Shown here piece after piece: positions 55,637 through 62,938 of a stretch of 64,000 bases of DNA (its first letter is position 1; each line of letters starts with the position of its first letter). This DNA is from an uncultured Chlorobiota bacterium (lineage in GTDB: Bacteria; Bacteroidota; Bacteroidia; Bacteroidales; JAADGE01): NCBI GenBank assembly GCA_947311255.1, contig CAMZKL010000043.1, positions 1,685 through 65,684 on the forward strand. The letters run 5' to 3'. Below the pieces are notes generated by a model. It searched no databases. It saw only the letters and a list, made by a program, of their open reading frames with translations, and was not told where the DNA came from. The position numbers and the translations under genes are program-made.

Positions 55637-56881
55637 ATGAAAATAAAGAACATAATTTTTTCAATATATCTAATATTTATTCATATTTTATATACTGAAT
55701 CACAAACAATTACATTAACTTTTAATGGAACTCCCGAAATTCCAGAACAAGTTATTATTGAAAACTTATCTAACAACACAAGTACTACTCTAATCGGAAC
55801 TAATGTTTTAAACCTTACTTCTGTTTCTATTTTTGAAGTTGATAAAAATAATTATAAAATTTTCCCAAATCCTTTTATAGATAATACAAATATTAGTTTT
55901 AATATTAATGAAAGCAAGAAAATTAATATACTTATTTACAATCAATTAGGACAATTAATTATTACAAAAACAAAATTTCTACACCGTGGGGAAAACATTA
56001 TAAATTTTATACCCGAAAAAAGTGGTATCTATTTAATAAAAATATTTGCAGAAAACTTTTACCAAAGTTCATCAGTAATTTGTGAAAAATCTACTCACAA
56101 AAATCCTGAGTTATCTTTTTCAGTAGTAAATCAAAGAAAAAATACTGAAACAAAATCTACTGACGATATTACTTTTACATTCGGAGACATTTTAAAATTT
56201 ACCGGTATTTATTCAAATCACAGCTCAATTATAACTGATTCTCCAACTTCTTCTACAACTTATAATTTTGAATTTCTAAGCTGTATTGATTTTGAGAATA
56301 ACAACTACCCTATTGTAAAGATAGGCTCTCAATGGTGGATGGCAGAAAATCTAAAATCTACTAAATATTCCAATGGTACAAATATTTCTGGCAGTTATAT
56401 TTATGACAATAATTCTGCAAATGAAGATATTTATGGCAGACTATACAAATGGGATGCTGTTATGAATGGAGCAGAAGGAACTAACGATAACCCAAGTAAT
56501 GTGCAAGGAGTTTGTCCAACAGGGTGGCATATTCCAAGTGAAATTGAATGGGATGAAATGAGAGATGCCCTTGGTGGCTGGGAAATAATGCACGGAAAAC
56601 TAAAAGAAACAGGAACTATACACTGGTTTGCACCTAATAATGATGCAACAAACGAATCTGGAATGACTGTTTTGCCAGGAGGAATAAGATTTGAAGATGG
56701 AGATTCTCAATATTTAGGAGAACAAGCATTCTTTTGGACTTCAACTGATGATTTATTCGGTACTGATATTGAAAATGCAAGCGGCTACACCTTATTTAAA
56801 GAACTACCTTCAGCTTCTTATTATATTTATACTTGGAATTTAAAAACAAGAGCACAATCTGTAAGATGTGTAATGGACTAA
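55637..56881 (+). CDS. FISUMP-domain (Fibrobacter succinogenes major paralogous domain) protein with an internal T9SS-sorting-like domain
   Basis: 414-aa ORF with a signal peptide. Residues from about 70 to 150 read KIFPNPFIDNTNISFN...SGIYLIKIFAENFYQSSSVI. The C-terminal half has IGSQWWMAENL, YGRLYKW, CPTGWHIPS, FWTST and SVRCV. Confidence 0.8.
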   Translation: MKIKNIIFSIYLIFIHILYTESQTITLTFNGTPEIPEQVIIENLSNNTSTTLIGTNVLNLTSVSIFEVDKNNYKIFPNPFIDNTNISFNINESKKINILIYNQLGQLIITKTKFLHRGENIINFIPEKSGIYLIKIFAENFYQSSSVICEKSTHKNPELSFSVVNQRKNTETKSTDDITFTFGDILKFTGIYSNHSSIITDSPTSSTTYNFEFLSCIDFENNNYPIVKIGSQWWMAENLKSTKYSNGTNISGSYIYDNNSANEDIYGRLYKWDAVMNGAEGTNDNPSNVQGVCPTGWHIPSEIEWDEMRDALGGWEIMHGKLKETGTIHWFAPNNDATNESGMTVLPGGIRFEDGDSQYLGEQAFFWTSTDDLFGTDIENASGYTLFKELPSASYYIYTWNLKTRAQSVRCVMD

Positions 56882-56886
56882 TCTCC

Positions 56887-56915
56887 GTATTATTTATACT
56901 ACGTATAAATAATAC
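56887..56915. terminator. AT-rich bidirectional hairpin between convergent genes
   Basis: 13-bp inverted repeat GTATTATTTATAC / GTATAAATAATAC with a 3-nt loop. Confidence 0.5.
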
Positions 56916-56929
56916 AGGCAAATATATCG

Positions 56930-57205
56930 TCATCTAACTTTTACAAAAACATATTTTCTATTGCCTTGAATTACTGTACACTTTGCACAATGCGACACAT
57001 AAGTTACATCATAATCTTCAAGAATATTAAATCCTTTATTTTGAAGTGCAAAAGTATTTTTACATTCTAAAACACCTGATGTAGAATATCTACTAATGTA
57101 GAAAATATTAATTTTAGAGCCTGTTTCAAAAAAAAACCAAGCACTTTCTCCGGTTCCATAGAGAAACTTGCTATTTTTAGGTATTATATTTTTAATTTCA
57201 GACAT
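56930..57205 (-). CDS. Hypothetical protein (91 aa), last gene of the decarboxylase operon
   Basis: ORF 24 nt downstream of the 228-aa gene. Contains HCAKC and no recognised motif. Confidence 0.55.
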   Translation of the reverse strand: MSEIKNIIPKNSKFLYGTGESAWFFFETGSKINIFYISRYSTSGVLECKNTFALQNKGFNILEDYDVTYVSHCAKCTVIQGNRKYVFVKVR

Positions 57206-57229
57206 TTATTTTTCAAAATTTTATTTCTC

Positions 57230-57916
57230 TTATAATTTAATTTGTACAGGAAGCATATAATTACTGATTTGCTCTTTAAAAGAAACTTTATGTTTAAAAA
57301 CTCCTTGTTCATTTACAGTATAATAGTAGTTATTACAAGCAAAAACATTAGCCTTTGTTAGTGGAGTTAGTAAAAAAGAAAAAGATAACTTTAATTTAAT
57401 CATAAATTTTGGATTAGATTTTTTTGCTATTGAAGTAATAAACCTAGAGCAATTTGTTCCATTAATTGAGTATGGTCCATATGAAACAGCATCATTATTT
57501 TGAATAGTTTTTGCATATTCAAAAGCTAAACTAAAATCTACATTTTCGAGAACAGATGCAAATAACTTACCTTTTCCTTTGCAGTTTTCATTATAAAATA
57601 ATTCAGTTAAAATTTCTTCAATATTTATTAATGTATTATTGGCAGAAAAAACAGCAAATGTTTTAATTTTAAGACCAGGGTCAGTTTCTTTACTTCTTGC
57701 TCTGCCAAACTTTGTAGGCATATGATAACGACCAAAGTCAAAATAATGCAATTCTTTTTTTTCGTGATTTACAATAACTGCTGCTGCATGTCCTGCAATA
57801 TAATATCCATCTTTTAGGAAACCTAAAAACTTTGTTACCACATCATACCATCTTCCTATTGCTTTTGCAGGTGTTTTTGGCCATGCTAAAATTATTATTG
57901 AATCTTTTTGGGGCAT
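57230..57916 (-). CDS. Hypothetical protein, possibly a permuted papain-fold (LRAT / YaeF-YiiX-like) enzyme
   Basis: 228-aa ORF overlapping the decarboxylase stop by 1 nt. His context YYIAGHAAAVIV precedes Cys context GTNCSRFITS (His-then-Cys order with an NCxxF-like motif). Confidence 0.6.
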   Translation of the reverse strand: MPQKDSIIILAWPKTPAKAIGRWYDVVTKFLGFLKDGYYIAGHAAAVIVNHEKKELHYFDFGRYHMPTKFGRARSKETDPGLKIKTFAVFSANNTLINIEEILTELFYNENCKGKGKLFASVLENVDFSLAFEYAKTIQNNDAVSYGPYSINGTNCSRFITSIAKKSNPKFMIKLKLSFSFLLTPLTKANVFACNNYYYTVNEQGVFKHKVSFKEQISNYMLPVQIKL

Positions 57917-59325
57917 TAATTGTTTATTTTATGGGCAATATCAATAAAATTTTGAAAAAAGACATCAATATCACCTTTTGTAACATCAGCATTTGAAATA
58001 ACAAAACGTATTGTCAAATCTTTTTCAATATATCCATAATTTACCATTGATTTTCCACTTTTTCTTAATTCTTCCCTAATTTTCATATTAAAAGAATTTA
58101 AATCAGAAATATTTTTAGTGTTATATCTAAAACAGACCGTTAAAGTTTGAACATCTGCCATAAGTTCAAAACTATTATGTTCCAATATTTTAAATTTTAA
58201 ATAATTTGCAATCTCAAACAAATTATTAATTCGTTTTTCAAAACCCAAATCTCCAAAAAACTTCCAAGTAAGCCAAACTTTTAGTGCATCATTTTTTCTG
58301 CCGCATTGTATTGAACTTTCACCCAAGTCGCAATTTTTTTCTTCATTTTCATGAAAGATATAGTCTGTTGTTAGTTTTGTAAGATTTGATTTAAGAACTT
58401 TATTGTCATTAAATAAAATAACGGATGCAACCAAAGGAATATTCATTAATTTATGAGGATTCCAAGCAAAAGAATCTGCTTGTTTAAGTCCTTTAAATAA
58501 ATATCTCTTTTTATTACTTAAAATTATTGAACCTCCAAAAGACCCATCAATATGAAAATGGCAATTATATTTTTTAGAAATTTTACTTATTTCTTCAAAT
58601 CTATCAAACGCTCCCAACATTGTTGTTCCGGCAGTTCCGGCAATAAAAAAAGGCAATTCATTTCTTTTTAAAGAATTTATTATTGCGTTCTCTAATTCAT
58701 TAATAATCATTTTGCCTTCTTTGTCAGTTTTCACTTTAATAAGATTATCTGCCCCTATTCCAAGAAGATTTGCTGCAGTACCAAAAGAGTAATGTGCCTG
58801 ATCTGACACAAATGCGGTTAGTATCTTTGTACTATAAAGCCCTTTATTCTTAGAATCTGGAAAAACTTTATTTCTTGCAGAAAACATAGCAATAAGATTT
58901 GCATTGCTTCCTCCTGTAACAAATATTCCTGAGCCTTTTTCAAACCCGGCAATATTACACATTTTAGAGATAAGTTCTTTTTCAATTAAAGTTGCAACCG
59001 GTGCCACTTCAAAAGTGTACATAGAAGTATTTGTTATGGAAGTTAAAATTTCTGCAATAAACCCAGGGAGAGTAAAACCTGAATAAAGTTGATTAAAAAA
59101 CTGTTTATTTCCTGTTTTTACACTATACTTAAGATAGTTTTCAACTTCATTTATTAATTGTTCTTCTGAAATAGGTTTATTCTGAATTTTTAAATTTAAT
59201 TCTTTTTTTAAGTTAACAGGATTTTTATATTCAATAACATTATTTGAATTTTGGATATTATTCTCAATATAATCTATAATAATATCGAATAATTTTGTTA
59301 GAGTTTTAAAGTAATTTGTATTCAT
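57916..59325 (-). CDS. Group II PLP-dependent amino-acid decarboxylase
   Basis: 469-aa ORF with PLP-lysine context SFAWNPHKLMN, HIDGSFGG, and a glycine-rich loop GIFVTGGSNANL. Confidence 0.88.
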   Translation of the reverse strand: MNTNYFKTLTKLFDIIIDYIENNIQNSNNVIEYKNPVNLKKELNLKIQNKPISEEQLINEVENYLKYSVKTGNKQFFNQLYSGFTLPGFIAEILTSITNTSMYTFEVAPVATLIEKELISKMCNIAGFEKGSGIFVTGGSNANLIAMFSARNKVFPDSKNKGLYSTKILTAFVSDQAHYSFGTAANLLGIGADNLIKVKTDKEGKMIINELENAIINSLKRNELPFFIAGTAGTTMLGAFDRFEEISKISKKYNCHFHIDGSFGGSIILSNKKRYLFKGLKQADSFAWNPHKLMNIPLVASVILFNDNKVLKSNLTKLTTDYIFHENEEKNCDLGESSIQCGRKNDALKVWLTWKFFGDLGFEKRINNLFEIANYLKFKILEHNSFELMADVQTLTVCFRYNTKNISDLNSFNMKIREELRKSGKSMVNYGYIEKDLTIRFVISNADVTKGDIDVFFQNFIDIAHKINN

Positions 59326-59493
59326 TTGTTTCTTTTTAAATTCAATACATTATTGAATTTGGCATCTCACCCCTGCCTGAGTAGTATATTCTATAATATT
59401 TTAAATTTTAATTAATGATTTACAGTGAATTAACAAATTCAGGCAAGGAACTTTTTCGAGTATTTAAACTTTTTAGTCTAAACTCATTATAAT
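59326..59493 (-). repeat. Family B intergenic module (B2), fills the redoxin-to-decarboxylase spacer
   Basis: Same conserved box as B1. Closing stem CCCTGCCTGA (59371-59380) / TCAGGCAAGG (59439-59448). A 10-bp AT hairpin at 59338-59360 sits 13 nt from the decarboxylase ATG. Confidence 0.7.
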
Positions 59494-60099
59494 TTATTTA
59501 ATAGATTTTAATGATTTAACTATCTCTCTTACCGGCATTCTACGTGTATAATCTTTGTTAAAATATCCATTGATAATTTTTTTATCTGTTCCAATAATAT
59601 ATGTTGCGGGTACGGGTAATGCGTTATCCGAATTTTTACTTGATTTTTTTAAATTTATACCTTTGAGTTTATAAAAGAAATGAGCAAATCCGGAAACATG
59701 CCAAGTTACTTTATAATCATCCATTATTTTATGCCCTTCATCATAAACAATACTAAAATTTGCATTAGTTTTTTTAATAGTTTCATCAATATAATAACTA
59801 CTTTCAGGTGTTATTGCAATTATTTTTGCTCCTAAATCAGTAATCATAGACAAGGAATCAGAAAGATCATTCATATATAAATTGCAATGCTTACACCATT
59901 CACCTCTGTAAAAAATAAGTACTACCGGCTGTTTATTAAGGATTTGATATAAATCAATTTTTCTATTATAATTATCTTTAACAGAAAAATTATGAACTTT
60001 TGTCCCGTTTGTAAGTTTTTCTTGTGCATTTATTGATAAGGAAAAGAAAAGAATTATAAAAAATGCTGTAAATTTAATAATTTTTATTGAATATTTCAT
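59494..60099 (-). CDS. Secreted thioredoxin-fold redoxin (AhpC/TSA-like)
   Basis: 201-aa ORF with signal peptide ...FFSLSINAQ and motif FYRGEWCKHCNLY (CxxC). Confidence 0.8.
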   Translation of the reverse strand: MKYSIKIIKFTAFFIILFFSLSINAQEKLTNGTKVHNFSVKDNYNRKIDLYQILNKQPVVLIFYRGEWCKHCNLYMNDLSDSLSMITDLGAKIIAITPESSYYIDETIKKTNANFSIVYDEGHKIMDDYKVTWHVSGFAHFFYKLKGINLKKSSKNSDNALPVPATYIIGTDKKIINGYFNKDYTRRMPVREIVKSLKSIK

Positions 60100-60289
60100 A
60101 TGAATATATTTATATAATTAACTGATATTAAGTAAGTTACCCGTACTTCCATTATTGATAATATTTGTTTTGCTCTGCACATAGGAACACTTGCTTTGTT
60201 CTGCAAATAATATGTATGCTTTGTTATGTCATGCCCTTGGGTGTAAAAATCTTTATCTTGGGTGTTTAGCTTCACTGAGCCTTTGGATT
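60100..60289 (-). repeat. Family A upstream module (A5), abuts the redoxin start codon
   Basis: CATATGAATATATTTATATAATTAACTGATATTAAGTAAGTTACC...TTGTTTTGCTCTGCACATAGGAACACTTGCTTTGTTCTGCAAATAAT...CTTGGGTGTTTAGC. Confidence 0.85.
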
Positions 60290-60340
60290 CATGTGTCTAA
60301 AAAACTTATAAATTTAAATGTATAAAGTTAAAAATTAATT
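60290..60340 (-). repeat. Family A, start of a further decayed tandem unit (A5b)
   Basis: CATGTGTCTAAAAAACTTATAAATTTAAATGTATAAAGTT resembles the proximal 40 nt of A1 and A4. Confidence 0.5.
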
Positions 60341-60358
60341 TGATTCAATTAAAAGGAC

Positions 60359-60514
60359 ATGAAAGAATTTGATATTTTTTTGAGTTATTACTTAATTCGT
60401 TCGTTAGAAAATACTTGGATATCAAATTATAAAAATGCTTACTTTATATCATTAATTTTAATCTATGCAGTTTTAATATTTGCCCTAAAAAAGGAATCAT
60501 TGCCAGACTCCTGA
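60359..60514 (+). CDS. Possible 51-aa single-TM small protein
   Basis: Below the ORF-track cutoff. ATG 60359 to TGA 60512-60514 gives MKEFDIFLSYYLIRSLENTWISNYKNAYFISLILIYAVLIFALKKESLPDS. The hairpin at 60495-60551 overlaps its stop. Confidence 0.25.
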   Translation: MKEFDIFLSYYLIRSLENTWISNYKNAYFISLILIYAVLIFALKKESLPDS

Positions 60515-60558
60515 GGAACTCTAAAAACTCAGAAACCATATGGCAATGATTATTTTGT
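60495..60558 (+). terminator. Long compound hairpin followed by a T-rich tract
   Basis: Outer 11-bp stem AATCATTGCCA / TGGCAATGATT enclosing inner CTGAG / CTCAG, followed by ATTTTGTT. Confidence 0.5.
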
Positions 60559-60855
60559 TACTAATTTGTTAATTAATATAAATTCTAAAAAATATTTATT
60601 AAAAATTAATAATGTCTTTACAAAGATAAAATGTTTTAAAACAATGTTGTGTAACTAATATCACATTTGATTGCAAAAAAGTAAATATTTTTGATTCTAC
60701 AAAATTGTATTTAAATAAATTGCACTTTTTTTAATACAAAACATTATTTTCAAACAAATATTCTATAATGAAATAATATTAGCAAGCATTTTGAAAACCA
60801 AAGATATACCTATAATCTAGCGGATTTATTTTTTGCACAACATAGTTATCTTAAA

Positions 60856-60909
60856 TACAAACACAAGAGTAACTTATTTAATATCAACAAATTAAACAAC
60901 CTTACTCAC
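60856..60909 (+). repeat. Family A, proximal-part-only copy (A6), abuts the ATG of the beta-barrel gene
   Basis: ACACAAGAGTAACTTATTTAATATCAACAAATTAAACAACCTTACTCAC-ATG matches the gene-sense end of A1, CAAGCAACTTATTTAATATCAATTAATTATAAAAATTTAGACAC-ATG. Confidence 0.6.
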
Positions 60910-62250
60910 ATGAGAAACGGACTTTTTCTAATTTTATTATCTTCAATATCAACTATTTTTTTTGCTCAAGAAACCGACACCTTAAATAAGAATAAAACTG
61001 GTTTCGGATTAGGTTTTGTTCCAATTTTTGCTTTTGATTCTGATGTTGGTTTAAAAACTGGCATTGCTGCAAATATATTTCATTATGGTAATGGTGAAAA
61101 TTATCCAAAATATGAACATTCCTTACTTTTAAAATGGTACAGAACAACAAAAGGAAGTAGATTAACACAAGTTATTTATGATTCTGATAAAATTATTGAA
61201 AATGTAAGACTTACTTCTGAGTTTAGTTATATTACTGACCAAACACTTGGATTTTATGGGTTTAATGGAAGTAAATCATTTTACAATACAAATTATGAAA
61301 TTCAATCAGAAAATAATACTAATTATATTTCAAAAATTTATTATAAGTATCAAAGAAAAATGCTACGATTTAAAATCGATTTTCAATATCCATTCAAAGG
61401 AACTAAGTTCAAATGGTTAATTGGATTTTCGCATTATAATATTATGATTCAAAGTGTTGACAGGGATAAAATAAACAGTCATAAATCAACTAAAGTTTTA
61501 TTGCCTGACACAGCAACGCTATATGATAAATATGTTAAATGGGGAATTATAAAAAACTCTGAAAAGAATGGCGGAAAAATAAATTATATAAAATCCGGCA
61601 TAATATACGACAGCAGAGACAATACAAGCAATTGTAATTCAGGTATTTGGACAGAAATTTTACTTTTATATGCACCTTCATTTTCAGCAAACAAATCTAA
61701 TTTTGGGAAACTATTATTAACTCATCGCCAATATTTCCCTTTAAAACTAAACAAACTTACTTTTGCATATAGATTAAGTTATCAAACAAAACTTTGGGGA
61801 GAAATACCTTATTATATGTTACCTTTTTTCATTGATTCAAAAAAAACAGAAGATGGTTTAGGTGGTGCTAAAAATTTAAGAGGTATTTTAAGAAATAGAA
61901 TAGTTAGTAACGGATTTGTAAATGGAACTATGGAATTAAGGTGGAAATTTTGGTCATTAAAATTTATAAAACAAGATTTTTATCTCTCGTTGAATTGTTT
62001 TACTGACGTGGCTACTGTAACAGAAGAGTATAAGTTTAATAGTGATCTAGTGAAATCTGACTTTGGATTTTCAGAAGAATCTAATTTAAAAACCATAAAT
62101 TACTCTAACAATAAATTCCATTTTACATATGGGGTTGGAGTTTACATAGTAATGAACAAAAACTTTGTAATTTCAACTGATTATGGAAGAGCTGTTTATA
62201 ATCAAGATGGAAAATCTGGCATATATGTAGGTCTTGATTTTATATTTTAA
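60910..62250 (+). CDS. Outer-membrane beta-barrel protein (Omp85/surface-antigen-like)
   Basis: 446-aa ORF with signal peptide MRNGLFLILLSSISTIFFAQ, beta-strand periodicity, and a C-terminal aromatic GIYVGLDFIF. Confidence 0.65.
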   Translation: MRNGLFLILLSSISTIFFAQETDTLNKNKTGFGLGFVPIFAFDSDVGLKTGIAANIFHYGNGENYPKYEHSLLLKWYRTTKGSRLTQVIYDSDKIIENVRLTSEFSYITDQTLGFYGFNGSKSFYNTNYEIQSENNTNYISKIYYKYQRKMLRFKIDFQYPFKGTKFKWLIGFSHYNIMIQSVDRDKINSHKSTKVLLPDTATLYDKYVKWGIIKNSEKNGGKINYIKSGIIYDSRDNTSNCNSGIWTEILLLYAPSFSANKSNFGKLLLTHRQYFPLKLNKLTFAYRLSYQTKLWGEIPYYMLPFFIDSKKTEDGLGGAKNLRGILRNRIVSNGFVNGTMELRWKFWSLKFIKQDFYLSLNCFTDVATVTEEYKFNSDLVKSDFGFSEESNLKTINYSNNKFHFTYGVGVYIVMNKNFVISTDYGRAVYNQDGKSGIYVGLDFIF

Positions 62251-62272
62251 ATCTTTGTTGGAAGAAAAAGAG

Positions 62273-62902
62273 TTAAATAATTTCTACAATACCCTTTTCT
62301 TGTGTAATTTTATTATTATTCTCAAGTTTTTTTAAAATTCTACTTACAACCTCTCTTGCTGTACCCATCTCTAATGCAATAATTTTATGAGTAATCTTTA
62401 TTTTCTTTAAGCCTGAAACTTTTGATTTTTCAAGAAGATATTCATAAATTCTTTTATCTAATTTTTCAAAAAGAACATTGTTTAATGTTTCTATTAAGTC
62501 TGAATACCTTTCATCATAAAGCGAATAAAAAAGAGAATTAAATGACGGATATTCTTTTATCCATTTTTTAACATTATCTACTGGAAACATCATAATTATA
62601 GCATCTGTTCCCGTTGTTGCATATATTCTACTTGGAGAATTCTTTAATACAGCAGAAAGAGACATAATACAACTTTCATTTGGTTGTATGTAATACAAAA
62701 GGAATTCTTTATCTTCATATTGACTATAGACTTTCACAACTCCACTAATTACAACTGGAAGCATTTTTAAATATTGCCCATGCCTAATAACTTCCATCCC
62801 TTTTGGAACTTCTTTTGTTACACCATTTGACAACATATCTTTTATCAGTTTTTTTTCAAAACTTGGAAACTTATTCTTTAAAAAACGAAAATCAATATCC
62901 AT
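62273..62902 (-). CDS. Crp/Fnr-family transcriptional regulator
   Basis: 209-aa ORF with an N-terminal cNMP-binding-like barrel and C-terminal HTH IALEMGTAREVVSRILKKL. Confidence 0.85.
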   Translation of the reverse strand: MDIDFRFLKNKFPSFEKKLIKDMLSNGVTKEVPKGMEVIRHGQYLKMLPVVISGVVKVYSQYEDKEFLLYYIQPNESCIMSLSAVLKNSPSRIYATTGTDAIIMMFPVDNVKKWIKEYPSFNSLFYSLYDERYSDLIETLNNVLFEKLDKRIYEYLLEKSKVSGLKKIKITHKIIALEMGTAREVVSRILKKLENNNKITQEKGIVEII

Positions 62903-62938
62903 AATTTATTTATTTTAAAATATAAAGATAAAACTTTT

